DNA of 24,000 bases, taken from NCBI GenBank assembly GCA_020161795.1, contig JAIUOR010000003.1, positions 10,971 through 34,970 on the forward strand. Direction: 5' to 3'. The position numbers and the translations under genes are program-made. Origin of the DNA: Actinomycetota bacterium (GTDB lineage: Bacteria; Actinomycetota; Actinomycetes; Propionibacteriales; Propionibacteriaceae). Shown here one piece after another: positions 1-10,585 of the stretch. Position 1 is the first letter of the stretch; the number at the start of each line of letters is the position of its first letter. The notes under the pieces are model-generated. The model was given only the letters and a program-made list of their open reading frames with translations, was not told the DNA's origin and searched no databases.

Positions 1-47
1 CCTTTCGACCGAGGTTCAGCCTACCGGCGTGCCGAAGCCCGCTACCG

Positions 48-1390
<1,343 letters not shown>

Positions 1391-1394
1391 CCTT

Positions 1395-2588
1395 GTGAGT
1401 GCGTTCGCTGAGGAGACCGAGCTGCTGACGTCCCCCGAGGCAGCGGATCTACTTCAGACGGCGCTCACCGGCGATCCAGAGGTCGTCCTGCCGGGCTTCA
1501 CCGCCCGGCTGGACGACCTTCACTATCGTCCGGGCTCTGAGGTCACGGCGATCTACACGGTGAGTTTCGACACCCCGGACGGACAGACCACCGAACACCT
1601 CCTGGCCACGACCGCGGCCGTGTCCGGAGAGGTCGCCACCCTGACCCGGCAGGACATCACCCTGCGGGTGTGGCGGCATCCCGCCGATCCGCGCCTGCCC
1701 GGGCTGGCACCCGCCTGCGATCCCGCCACCGTGCTCGGCTGGCTCGGCGACGCCGAGCCGCGCCTGCGGGAGGCGGCCGCGCTCCACCTCGAACTTCTCG
1801 CCTACCGCCCGCTGCGCCGGGCGGTGCTGCGCGCGAGCGCGGACGGCGAGCACTTCTACCTCAAGGTGATGCGACCCGGCTACGACGATCGGCTGGCTGC
1901 CAGGCAGAACCTCCTGGCCGCCGTCGACCTGACCGTGCCGCTGCTGGCACGGCCGGTGCCCGGGGTGCTGATCTCTCCGAGTGTCCCCGGCCGGTCGCTG
2001 GCGCACCGGCTCGTGGAATGGCAACGTGGCAGGGCTCCGCTACCCCAGCCCGGGGAACTCCTCGCCCTGCTGGACCGGCTTCCCGCCGGCGCGCTCGATC
2101 TCCCCCGGCGTTCTTCGTGGAGCGAGAACGTCGAGTTCCACGCCGCCACCGCCCGCCAGCAACTCCCCGCCGAGACGGCGCGCATCGACGCGCTCGCCGC
2201 GCGGGTCGCAGCGGTGGCCGGCCAGGGCCGGCACGGTCCGGTGGTACCCACCCACGGCGACTTCTACGAGGCCAACGTCTTCGTCGAGGACGACACGCTT
2301 CGCTTCATCGACGTCGACTCGGTGGGCCCCGGGCTGCGCGAGGACGACCTGGCCTGCTGCCTGGCCCACCTCGCGGTGCTGCCCAGCCTCGATCCGAACG
2401 CCTACCCCCGCGTCCCCGAGGTGCTGGATGCCTGGCAGCACGCCTTCGAGCAGCGGGTCGACCCGGTCGACCTGCGCGCGCGGATCGCCGGGGTGCTGCT
2501 CAGCCTGGTCGCCGGAGCCGAGCCGGATCAGGCGCTGCGCCGCCTCGAGATCGCCGAGCACTACGCCGTCTCGATGCACGAGCGCTGA
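1395..2588 (+). CDS. APH-fold phosphotransferase family protein (aminoglycoside/choline kinase-like)
   Basis: HGDFYEANVFVEDDTLRFIDVDSVGPG matches the APH catalytic HGDxxxxN and downstream D motif. GTG start 4 nt after the preceding stop, with GGGGAG upstream. Confidence 0.8.
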   Translation: MSAFAEETELLTSPEAADLLQTALTGDPEVVLPGFTARLDDLHYRPGSEVTAIYTVSFDTPDGQTTEHLLATTAAVSGEVATLTRQDITLRVWRHPADPRLPGLAPACDPATVLGWLGDAEPRLREAAALHLELLAYRPLRRAVLRASADGEHFYLKVMRPGYDDRLAARQNLLAAVDLTVPLLARPVPGVLISPSVPGRSLAHRLVEWQRGRAPLPQPGELLALLDRLPAGALDLPRRSSWSENVEFHAATARQQLPAETARIDALAARVAAVAGQGRHGPVVPTHGDFYEANVFVEDDTLRFIDVDSVGPGLREDDLACCLAHLAVLPSLDPNAYPRVPEVLDAWQHAFEQRVDPVDLRARIAGVLLSLVAGAEPDQALRRLEIAEHYAVSMHER

Positions 2589-2609
2589 GCGACGCCGGGT
2601 CCCGGTTCA

Positions 2610-2623
2610 TGAGAGAAGTCTCA
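2610..2623. promoter_or_regulatory. Near-palindrome TGAGAGAAGTCTCA, variant of the 792-805 element
   Basis: Located 62 nt before the ATG at 2686, almost the same position as the 792-805 site relative to its paralogue. Confidence 0.45.
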
Positions 2624-2685
2624 TCCGGATGCAGCGGTTGCCCTCATCCGGCGCTATTAGCCTGGAAGGGTCGAAGGGAAAGCTC

Positions 2686-3093
2686 ATGCCGCTGTCGAAA
2701 TCCGCGATCGCCTGGGCGGTCTCCGGCACCCTCGGGGTCGGCACCTGCACCCTGGGCATCATGGCGATGAACTCCGGCGTACCGGCCGGGGCCGATCCGC
2801 AGCCCGCGATCGTGATCGGCGCCACCGCGCCGGCCTCGCCCACCGCGACGCCGAGCGCGTCGCCGGCCAAGCCCAGCCCCACCGCACCGATCCTCACCGC
2901 TGCGACCGCGCCCACCGCGGTCACGGCGAAGACCCCGGTCTCGGCCAAGACCCCGGCCACCCCCAAGAAGAAGGTCACCAAGCAGGCGGTCTCACCGAAG
3001 ACGCCGGCTTCCCCCAAGACTCCGCGTTCGCCGCAGACGGCCCCCTCCCCGGTCAGCCCGGCATCCCCGATCAGCGCGAACTCCGGCGACTGA
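2686..3093 (+). CDS. Small secreted Ala/Thr/Pro/Lys-rich protein, paralogue of 869-1390
   Basis: MPLSKSAIAWAVSGTLGVGTCTLGI... signal-like N-terminus resembling [21 protein letters not shown]. (S/T)PKTPASPKTP repeats and the same S-G-D-stop C-terminus. Confidence 0.7.
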   Translation: MPLSKSAIAWAVSGTLGVGTCTLGIMAMNSGVPAGADPQPAIVIGATAPASPTATPSASPAKPSPTAPILTAATAPTAVTAKTPVSAKTPATPKKKVTKQAVSPKTPASPKTPRSPQTAPSPVSPASPISANSGD

Positions 3094-3104
3094 ACACGCG
3101 CCGG

Positions 3105-3560
3105 TCAGCGGCGATGCCAGGCGTCTTCGGACGAGATCAGCCGCTGGACGCTCTCCGGCAGGCGTCCGGCCACCAGGTCGGCCACCGTGGTCGATTCGAG
3201 AATCTCGCGCACCGCGGCGCGCACCGCGACCCAGACATCGGTCAGCGCCTGCGCCGCCCCGGGGTAGGACACCCCCTCCGGAGCGACTCCCCGGACGGCG
3301 GCCAGCGGCCCGTCGACGGCCCGCATCACGTCGGCCAGGGTGATCTCGCCCGGCGAGCGGGCCAGCTGGAAGCCGCCGCCGGCGCCGCGCCGCGAGGTGA
3401 GAATCCCGTCCCGGACCAGGTCGCGCAGGATCGACTCCAGGAACTTGCCCGGCAGGCCCTGGGCCTCGGCCAGGTCGTTGCGGGAGAGCGGCCGTTCCGG
3501 CTCGGCCGCCAACTCGGCCACGGCACGGAGTGCGTACTCGGCGCGCGCCGTGACCTGCAT
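3105..3560 (-). CDS. Rrf2-family transcriptional regulator
   Basis: MQVTARAEYALRAVAELA...LPGKFLESILRDLVRDGILTSRRGAGGGFQLAR is a typical Rrf2 wHTH. No cysteines, so not the [Fe-S] type. Confidence 0.88.
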   Translation of the reverse strand: MQVTARAEYALRAVAELAAEPERPLSRNDLAEAQGLPGKFLESILRDLVRDGILTSRRGAGGGFQLARSPGEITLADVMRAVDGPLAAVRGVAPEGVSYPGAAQALTDVWVAVRAAVREILESTTVADLVAGRLPESVQRLISSEDAWHRR

Positions 3561-3571
3561 CCTTGCCCCTT

Positions 3572-4447
3572 CTACAGCCGCGTCGCTCCCAGCCCGCGGT
3601 TCCTACGAACGATCTCGGTGAGCTTGCTGAACAGCCCGTCGAACACCGTGCCCAGCACCAGGACCACGATCATGATAGCCAGCAGCGCCGGAGCATTGGC
3701 GAACTCGCGGTAGTACTGCAGCTGCACGCCCAGCGAGGGCTTGCTGGCGATGATCACCAGCAGCTCACCGGCCATCAGCGACCGCCAGGCGAAGGCCCAG
3801 CCCTGCTTGAGCCCGGCGACGTAGGTGAGCAGCGCGGAGGGCAGGATGACATAGCGGTAGATCGTGAACCCCTTGGCGCCCAGCACCTTGGCGGTCTGAA
3901 GCAGCGGCGGCGGGACGTCGTCGATGCCCGAGATCAGCCCGTTCGCGATGGACGGCGCCGCCCCCAGCACGACCACGAAGGTGATCGCGTTCTCGGTCAG
4001 CCCGAACAGCAGGATGGCGAACGGGAACCAGGCGATCGACGGCATGGTCTGCAGGCCGGTCAGCATGGAGCCGATCGCGGCCCGCAGCACCCCGGACGCC
4101 GACACGGCGATTCCCAGCACCGTCCCGATCAGCAGGGCCAGCGCGAAGCCGAGCACGGCCCGCGCCAGCGTGTTGCCGAGTGCCTGCCAGAACTTCGGCT
4201 CGCCGAGGAAGGCGAGCAGCTCGGCGCCCACCTCGCCGGGCGAGGGCAGGACGTAGTCGGGCTTCCAGCCCGTCCAGAACACGATCTGCCACGCGGCGAC
4301 GGCCAGGGCCACGGCCAGCAGGCCGGGCCAGACCTTCGCCCAGACCCGCCGCGGCTGCCGCGACGGAGCCTCGGCGGGTTCCGGCGCCGGGGTCGGCAGC
4401 GGCGTCCGGGGCGTCGCCAGTTCCGCGGTGTGCGATACGAGGGTCAT
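3572..4447 (-). CDS. ssuC: ABC transporter permease, sulfonate/taurine/nitrate type
   Basis: WQIVFWTGWKPDYVLPSPGEVGAELL...GIAVSASGVLRAAIGSMLTGLQTMPSIAWFPFAILLFGL is typical of SsuC/TauC permeases. ATGA overlap with the ATPase gene. Confidence 0.85.
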   Translation of the reverse strand: MTLVSHTAELATPRTPLPTPAPEPAEAPSRQPRRVWAKVWPGLLAVALAVAAWQIVFWTGWKPDYVLPSPGEVGAELLAFLGEPKFWQALGNTLARAVLGFALALLIGTVLGIAVSASGVLRAAIGSMLTGLQTMPSIAWFPFAILLFGLTENAITFVVVLGAAPSIANGLISGIDDVPPPLLQTAKVLGAKGFTIYRYVILPSALLTYVAGLKQGWAFAWRSLMAGELLVIIASKPSLGVQLQYYREFANAPALLAIMIVVLVLGTVFDGLFSKLTEIVRRNRGLGATRL

Positions 4448-5211
4448 GACGCCAGCCTCTCCAGCGCGGAGGCGGTGTCGTGCAGGTCCATCAGCTGGTG
4501 CAGAATTCCCGACTGCTCCGCCACGGCCGCGTCCTCCATGCGGCGCGGACGAGGCAGCGCGATGGCCACGTCATCGACGATCCGGCCGGGCGACGGGCTC
4601 ATCACGACCACCCGGTTGCTCAGCCGCGCCGCCTCCCGCACGTTGTGGGTCACGAAGACCACCGTGATCCCCCGCTCTATCCAGATCCGTTCGATGTGCT
4701 CGTGCATGCCGTCGCGAGTGATCGCGTCGAGCGCCGCGAACGGCTCGTCCATCAGCAGGATCCGGCAATCCTGCGCCAGCGACCGGGCCAGCGCGACGCG
4801 CTGCCGCATGCCGCCGGAGAGCTCATGGGGACGCTTGTCGCCGGCCTGCGGGAGCTGGACGATCTCCAGCAACTCGGCGACCCGGTCACGCCAGCTCTGC
4901 CTCGGCACTCCGGAAAGGCGCAACGCCAGCTCGATATTGCCGCTCACCGTCAGCCACGGGAACAGGTTGGCATCCTGGAACATCATGCCGACCCGATGGC
5001 CGTGGGTGTCGACGCTGCCGGAGGTGGGCTGCGTCAGGCCGGCGAGCAGCGACAACAGCGTGCTCTTGCCGCAACCCGACCGCCCCAGCAGGCAGACGAA
5101 GTCCCCGTCGGCCACCTTCAGGCTGACCTGGCTCAGCGCGGTGGTGCGCTGCCCGTGACCCCCGAACACCTTGGTGACGTTCTCCACCGTCAAGGCGACC
5201 CCGGCGCTCAT
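4444..5211 (-). CDS. ssuB: ABC transporter ATP-binding protein, sulfonate/taurine/nitrate type
   Basis: Walker A GRSGCGKST, signature LSGGMRQRVALARSL, Walker B RILLMDEPFAALD. Start ATG at 5209-5211; the longer ORF overruns the upstream gene. Confidence 0.9.
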   Translation of the reverse strand: MSAGVALTVENVTKVFGGHGQRTTALSQVSLKVADGDFVCLLGRSGCGKSTLLSLLAGLTQPTSGSVDTHGHRVGMMFQDANLFPWLTVSGNIELALRLSGVPRQSWRDRVAELLEIVQLPQAGDKRPHELSGGMRQRVALARSLAQDCRILLMDEPFAALDAITRDGMHEHIERIWIERGITVVFVTHNVREAARLSNRVVVMSPSPGRIVDDVAIALPRPRRMEDAAVAEQSGILHQLMDLHDTASALERLAS

Positions 5212-6260
5212 GCGTCGCTCACCTCCGCCTCGCCGCGCTCCTTCAGCAGCCCGTTGAGGAGGTCGAGGGAGTACAGGCCGGACAGGTCGGCGGAATCCAG
5301 CAGCCCCACCTCGCTGGCGTGGGCCGCGCCCTCCCGGAGCGTGCTGGCCAACGGATCGGCGGTGAACACCACGTTGCCCCAGGCCTGATCCAGCACCTCG
5401 GCGTTCATCGGCTTGCCCGAGATCTCGGCGATCGAATCGTTGACGATCTTCTTGGAATCCTCCGGATCCTCGGCGATGTACTCCAGCGAGTCCAGCAGCC
5501 CGGAGAGGAATGCCTTGACCTGATCGGGATGCTGCTCCAGGAACGCGGTACGCACGATCACGTTGGTGACGATGAACCGTCCGTTCGGCCAGAGATCCGG
5601 CTCGTCGACCAGGACATGGCCCCCGGCCTCGCGCACCAGCCGGGTCGCCCACGGCTCGGGCACCCAGGCCCCGTCGATCTCCCCGGCGGAGAAGGCCTGC
5701 AACGCCGTGGCATTGTCCTGCGGCATGATGCTCACGTCGCCGCCGCCCTCGGGGGTGGTCTCGAAACCCTGCTGCTTCAGCCAGTACCGCAGGGCGACGT
5801 CCTGGGTGTTGCCCAGCTGGGGCGTGGCCAGCTTGGTCCCCGCCAACTGCGAGGGCTCGGTGATGCCCTCCCGCACCACCAGCGCCGCACCATTGGCCGC
5901 GGCGCCGGCGATCACCCGCAGCGACTGGCCCTTCGACTGGGTGTAGCCGGTGATGGTCGGGTTCGGCCCGATGAAGGTGATGTCGACCGATCCGGCGTTC
6001 AACGCCTCGATCGCGGCCGGGCCGGCGTTGAAGGTGACGGTCTTCAGCTCGGTCCCCTCCCCCAGCGCATCGGCGAAGTAGCCCTTGTCGACGCCGACCA
6101 GCGCCGGCGCGTGCGTGAGGTTCGGGAAGTAGCCCAGCGTCAGCGAGGCCGCCTGGCCGCCTGGCTCGCCACCATCGGCGGCACCACTACTGCACCCACT
6201 CGCCAGACCCAACGACAGCGCTGCCGCCAACGCGACGATCCTGCTCATCCGGATATGCAT
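5208..6260 (-). CDS. ssuA: Sulfonate/taurine-type ABC substrate-binding lipoprotein
   Basis: Lipobox LGLASGCSS. SLTLGYFPNLTHAPALVGVDKGYFADAL...NAGPAAIEALNAGSVDITFIGPNPTITGY. ATGA overlap with the ATPase gene. Confidence 0.85.
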   Translation of the reverse strand: MHIRMSRIVALAAALSLGLASGCSSGAADGGEPGGQAASLTLGYFPNLTHAPALVGVDKGYFADALGEGTELKTVTFNAGPAAIEALNAGSVDITFIGPNPTITGYTQSKGQSLRVIAGAAANGAALVVREGITEPSQLAGTKLATPQLGNTQDVALRYWLKQQGFETTPEGGGDVSIMPQDNATALQAFSAGEIDGAWVPEPWATRLVREAGGHVLVDEPDLWPNGRFIVTNVIVRTAFLEQHPDQVKAFLSGLLDSLEYIAEDPEDSKKIVNDSIAEISGKPMNAEVLDQAWGNVVFTADPLASTLREGAAHASEVGLLDSADLSGLYSLDLLNGLLKERGEAEVSDA

Positions 6261-6300
6261 ATTCCCCCCAAGTTCCCTATGAATCCGATGAACTCTATTA

Positions 6301-6318
6301 GATCAGTAGGATTAGTAG
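6301..6318. promoter_or_regulatory. Tandem 9-mers GATCAGTAG-GATTAGTAG upstream of the ssu-like operon, possible operator
   Basis: Two adjacent near-identical 9-mers (one mismatch), preceded by CTATTA, in the 5' region of the minus-strand ABC operon. Confidence 0.35.
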
Positions 6319-6352
6319 GAAGCAAGAGTGTCCACGGAACGGTCAGCCGGAA

Positions 6353-7018
6353 TCAGACGAGGCGGTAGCCCATGCCGCGCACAGTCTCGAAGTACTCCGC
6401 GCCGAGCTTGCGGCGCAGGTAGCGGACGTAGACGTCGACCACGTTCGAGCCCGGATCGAAGTCGTAGCCCCAGGCCCCGGAGAGCAGCTGCTCCCGGCTG
6501 AGGACGTGCCCCGGATTGCGCAGGAACATCTCCGCCAGGGTGAACTCCCGGGCGGTGAGATCGACGCTGCGACCGGCCACGGTCGCCCGGCGGGTACGCA
6601 GGTCGAGGCTCCACTCACCGTGGGTGAGCACCATCGCCGATTCGGCGGCCTCGCCGCCGTCGGTCCGCAGCCGCAGCTGGATGCGAGCCAGCAGCTCCTC
6701 GAAGCTGAAGGGCTTGGGCATGTAGTCGTCGGCGCCGGATTGCAGCCCGGCCACGGTGTCCGCGACCGACGAACGCGCGGTGAGCATGATCACCGGAGTG
6801 GTGACGCCCTGGCCGCGGATCCGCGAGAGCACCTCGAAGCCGTCCATGTCGGGCAGCCCGACATCCAGCACGATCAGGTCGGCCTCGCCGCCGATCGCCA
6901 GGCTGACCGCGTTGTAGCCCGAATCCTCGACGATGGTCGCGAACCCGGCGGCTTTCAGGCCCTTGGCGATGAACGCGGCGATCCGCGGTTCGTCCTCAAC
7001 GATCAGAATCTGGCTCAT
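6353..7018 (-). CDS. OmpR-family response regulator
   Basis: Receiver ILIVEDEPRIAAFI...LIVLDVGLPDMDGFEVL...MLTARS...DYMPKPF and winged-helix C-terminus LTAREFTLAEMFLRNPGHVLSREQLLSGAWG...VDVYVRYLRRKL. Confidence 0.95.
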   Translation of the reverse strand: MSQILIVEDEPRIAAFIAKGLKAAGFATIVEDSGYNAVSLAIGGEADLIVLDVGLPDMDGFEVLSRIRGQGVTTPVIMLTARSSVADTVAGLQSGADDYMPKPFSFEELLARIQLRLRTDGGEAAESAMVLTHGEWSLDLRTRRATVAGRSVDLTAREFTLAEMFLRNPGHVLSREQLLSGAWGYDFDPGSNVVDVYVRYLRRKLGAEYFETVRGMGYRLV

Positions 7019-8441
7019 CGTCCTCCTCCTGGTGGGGCGCGGCTTCGGTCGGGATCACGATGGAGATGCGGCTGCCGACGTCCGTCATCGACTGCACGTC
7101 GATCCGGCCGCCGTGGGCGTTGGCGATGGATGCCACGATCGCCAGCCCCAGGCCGGTGCCGGTGCCGCCTCGTCCCAGCACCTTGCGGCTCAGGATGCGC
7201 AGCCGTTCGTCCTCGGGGATGCCGACGCCTTCGTCGCGCACCCAGAGCCACAGTTCGCCCTCGGCCAGCCGGCTGCCCATCCCCACCGTCGAGCCCGGCT
7301 CGGAGTACTGCACGGCGTTGGCCGCCAGTTGCAGCCAGGCCTGCGCTATCCGCTGCGGGTCGAGCGCCACCTCGGCGTCGGCGAGCTGGTCGAGCACCCA
7401 GTGCCGATCCCCCAGGCTGCTCGCCTTGGCCAGGGTCTCGTCGGTGAGCCTGGCGACGTCCACCGGCTCGGTCACCACGAAGTCGGGCTGTTCGGCCTTA
7501 GCCAGGGTGAGCAGATCGTCCACCAGCCGGCGCATGCGGTCCAGTTCGTCGAGCACCAGGGTGCGGGTGGCTGTGACGTCGCCGGGGTCGGCGGCGTCCA
7601 TCAGCTCCAGGTGGCCGCGGACGATGGTCAACGGCGTCCGGAGTTCGTGGCCGACGTCGTCCAGCAGTTCACGCTGCGCGCTGACCGCCGATTCCAGCCG
7701 GTCGAGCATGCCGTTGACGGTGCCGGCGAGCGCCGACAGGTCGTCGTTGCCGCGCACCGGGATCCGCTGCGAGATGTCGGTCTCGGTGATCCGCTCGGCG
7801 GTCTGCCGCATCCAGCTGATCGGACGCAGCAGCCGTCCCACGACCAGCCAGATCAGCATCGCCACCAGCAACAGCGCACCGATCGCGATCAGCGAATAGG
7901 TGATGTAGACCGGCTGCAGGACGGCCCGCTCCAGACCCATGTCCGCGACCCGCACCAGCGCGCCGGACGGGTCGCCTGCCAGGCCGCGGACCGGCACCAC
8001 GATGTAGCGGTACTCCCGGAGCGCGGTGGTCAGGTCGCCCTGCACCACCTGGTCGCCGGCGGCCAGTGGCAGTACCGCCGCCACCAGTTCCGGGTCGTCC
8101 TCGGGGCGCAGCACCACTCCGTCCGGTGCGGTCCAGCGGATCCGATTGCCCAGAACGGCGAAGGAGCCCTCGGCCGGGGGATGAACGGCGCGTTGCATGC
8201 TGGCCCGCAGCAGCGCCTCGACCCCGGTGAACGGTTCGCCCGTTTCGGGATCGTTGCCTTGGGCGAGCTGCGCCACCTCGTCGGCGGCCTGGGCCAGGTC
8301 GCTCGTCACGCGTTGCCGGGTGCTGGCCTCGCCCTGGATGTAGATCACCGCGCCGGAGAGCACCAGCGCCAGCCCGGTCAGGATCATGACGGCCGCGATC
8401 ACCCGGGCCCGGATGCTCCAGGCGGTTCGCGTCGCGGTCAC
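6996..8441 (-). CDS. HAMP-containing sensor histidine kinase
   Basis: Two hydrophobic segments, HAMP LLRPISWMRQTAERI, H-box LLDDVGHELRTPLTIVRGH, N/G boxes QLAANAVQYS and GTGTGLGLAIV. Overlaps the RR gene by 23 nt. Start uncertain: GTG 8441 chosen, ATG 8483 also possible. Confidence 0.93.
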   Translation of the reverse strand: MTATRTAWSIRARVIAAVMILTGLALVLSGAVIYIQGEASTRQRVTSDLAQAADEVAQLAQGNDPETGEPFTGVEALLRASMQRAVHPPAEGSFAVLGNRIRWTAPDGVVLRPEDDPELVAAVLPLAAGDQVVQGDLTTALREYRYIVVPVRGLAGDPSGALVRVADMGLERAVLQPVYITYSLIAIGALLLVAMLIWLVVGRLLRPISWMRQTAERITETDISQRIPVRGNDDLSALAGTVNGMLDRLESAVSAQRELLDDVGHELRTPLTIVRGHLELMDAADPGDVTATRTLVLDELDRMRRLVDDLLTLAKAEQPDFVVTEPVDVARLTDETLAKASSLGDRHWVLDQLADAEVALDPQRIAQAWLQLAANAVQYSEPGSTVGMGSRLAEGELWLWVRDEGVGIPEDERLRILSRKVLGRGGTGTGLGLAIVASIANAHGGRIDVQSMTDVGSRISIVIPTEAAPHQEEDDEPDSDR

Positions 8442-8482
8442 CGTCCCAGTGTGCCGGACGCTCGCGCTCTGGCCGACCACCA

Positions 8483-8496
8483 TGAGAGGACTCTCA
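8483..8496. promoter_or_regulatory. Perfect dyad TGAGAGGACTCTCA (identical to 792-805)
   Basis: Exact 14-nt match, in the promoter-proximal region of the minus-strand histidine kinase/RR operon. Confidence 0.5.
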
Positions 8497-8650
8497 CCCG
8501 CGCCGACCCTGGGAGGATTTGCACGCTGGATGGCCTGCAGCGCCGGAATTCGGCCTGTTCGCGGCATCTTCAGGGCGTTTTGTCCCGTCGATCCAGGACG
8601 GCCACCCGCGTGCGCCGGGCGGGCGGCTGTCGGGTCACTACAGTGAGCGC

Positions 8651-10585
8651 ATGAGCGCGGCGGGTCAACGGAGTTCTCTGACGGCGCGGCAGCGCGTGCG
8701 AGACCTCTACGCCACCCCGCTGGGGCGTGACATCGTCGACAAGATCCTGCTGCAGAGCGGCGTCTCCCCGTCCGTGACCCGGCTGGCCGGCGGGCTGCGG
8801 CTGTCGACCCTGGGACGGTTGGCGCAGCGGTTCACCGGGCCCGGCCTGATGGACGCCCTGCTCGGCCTGGTCAACGCCCACGCCGCGCCGGTGCCGGATG
8901 GCGAGCCGGCCGATGCCTGGTGGCGGGAGGCCGTCTTCTACCAGGTCTACCCACGCTCCTTCTGCGACTCCGACGAGGACGGCATCGGCGACCTGCGCGG
9001 CATCATCTCGCGGCTCGACTACCTGGCCGACCTCGGGGTCGACTGCCTGTGGCTCTCCCCGATCTTCGCCTCCCCCAACCAGGACATGGGCTACGACATC
9101 AGCGACTACCGCGACGTGATGGCCGAGATGGGCACGCTGACCGACGTCGATGAGTTGATCGAAGGCTGCCACCGGCGCGGGATGCGGATCATCCTCGACC
9201 TGGTGGTCAACCACACCTCAGCCCAGCACACCTGGTTCCAGCAGGCGGTCGCCGATCCGGACGGCCCCTACGGCGACTACTACATCCTGCGCGAGGGCTC
9301 ACCCGACCAGCCGCCGAACAACTGGGATTCCTTCTTCTCCGGCCCGGCCTGGCGCTGGGTTCCCGAGGCGGAGCGCTGGGCGCTGCACCTGTTCGCCGAT
9401 CACCAGATGGATCTCAACTGGGCGAACCCGGCCCTGCGAGCCGAGGTCTCCGACATCGTGCGCTGGTGGCTCGACCGCGGCGTCGACGGCTTCCGGCTGG
9501 ACGTCATCAACTACATCTCCAAGGCCGACGGCCTGCCGGACGGCAACCGGTTCGTCGGGGAGTTGATGGAGTTCACCGGCGTCGAGCACTACTTCTACGG
9601 CCCCCACCTGGACGATCACCTGCGCGAACTGCGCCGGGAGGGGTTCACCCGCCCGGACGGCAGCGTCGCGGTGATGGTCGGCGAGACCCCCGGCATCGGC
9701 ATCGAGGGGGCGCGCCTGCTGAGCAACACCAGCCGGGCGGAGATGGATCTCGTGTTCAACTTCGACGTGCTCGACCTGCCGGGCCGCACCCGCTGGCACG
9801 ACTATCGCTACGACCTGAACTACCTCAAGCGGTTCTGGCTGGGCTGGCAGGAGCGGCTCCGTCCGGGCGACTGGATCGCGCTCTTCCTCGACAACCACGA
9901 CAACCCGCGGATGCTCAGCAAGGTGGCCCACGGCGCGGAGCGGGATCCGGCCGTCCGCGCCGCGATCGCCAAGCTGCTGGCCACCCTGCAGCTCACCATG
10001 CGCGGCACGCCCTTCCTCTTCCAGGGCCAGGAACTGGCCGCGGTGAACCAGTCCTTCGCCGGCCTGGACGACCTGCGCGACGTCGAATCGCTGAACCGCT
10101 ACCGGGAGTTGCTGGACGCGGGCACCACGCCGGAGGCGGCCTGGAACGAGATCATGGCCGGCTCCCGCGACCATGCCCGGGTACCCATGCGCTGGGGAGA
10201 TGCCAGCGACTTCGGGCCTGCCGCCTGGCTTCCCGGCAAGGACGAGACCCCTGGCTTCACCGCCACCGAGCAGCAGGCGGATCCGGATTCGGTCTGGCAC
10301 TGGTACCGCCGGCTCATAGCGCTCCGCCGGGAGCACCCCGCGCTGACCCGCGGCTCCTTCACTCCGGTAGCCCCCGGATCCAAGGACTACCTGGGCTACC
10401 TTCGCGAACTGGACGGCGAGCGTTGGCTGATCGAGGCGAACCTCTCCGACCGGCCGCTGCGCCGTCCCCGCCATGGACTAGTGGCAGAACCCGTTCTCGG
10501 CCCTTCCCGCGGCTCGGTCATGACGCCCTGGGAATCCACCCTTGGCCGCGTCCGGACCCCATCGAAGCCCACGCCGGCAGACTGA
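8651..10585 (+). CDS. GH13 alpha-amylase-family enzyme (alpha-glucosidase/oligo-1,6-glucosidase-like) with N-terminal extension
   Basis: AVFYQVYPRSFCDSDEDGIGDLRGI, DLVVNHTS, DGFRLDVINYI, VMVGETPG, FLDNHDNPR are GH13 conserved regions. About 85 extra residues precede the catalytic domain. Confidence 0.92.
   Translation: MSAAGQRSSLTARQRVRDLYATPLGRDIVDKILLQSGVSPSVTRLAGGLRLSTLGRLAQRFTGPGLMDALLGLVNAHAAPVPDGEPADAWWREAVFYQVYPRSFCDSDEDGIGDLRGIISRLDYLADLGVDCLWLSPIFASPNQDMGYDISDYRDVMAEMGTLTDVDELIEGCHRRGMRIILDLVVNHTSAQHTWFQQAVADPDGPYGDYYILREGSPDQPPNNWDSFFSGPAWRWVPEAERWALHLFADHQMDLNWANPALRAEVSDIVRWWLDRGVDGFRLDVINYISKADGLPDGNRFVGELMEFTGVEHYFYGPHLDDHLRELRREGFTRPDGSVAVMVGETPGIGIEGARLLSNTSRAEMDLVFNFDVLDLPGRTRWHDYRYDLNYLKRFWLGWQERLRPGDWIALFLDNHDNPRMLSKVAHGAERDPAVRAAIAKLLATLQLTMRGTPFLFQGQELAAVNQSFAGLDDLRDVESLNRYRELLDAGTTPEAAWNEIMAGSRDHARVPMRWGDASDFGPAAWLPGKDETPGFTATEQQADPDSVWHWYRRLIALRREHPALTRGSFTPVAPGSKDYLGYLRELDGERWLIEANLSDRPLRRPRHGLVAEPVLGPSRGSVMTPWESTLGRVRTPSKPTPAD

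Noticed and set aside
3563-5158. 531-aa plus-strand ORF antisense to the ABC transporter genes
   Set aside because: Antisense to well-conserved permease and ATPase genes, with no domain-like motifs.
6933-8654. 573-aa plus-strand ORF antisense to the histidine kinase
   Set aside because: Low-complexity, His/Gln/Arg-rich antisense product. The minus strand encodes a clear kinase.
9299-10474. 391-aa minus-strand ORF inside the GH13 gene
   Set aside because: Shadow frame of a strongly supported GH13 gene.
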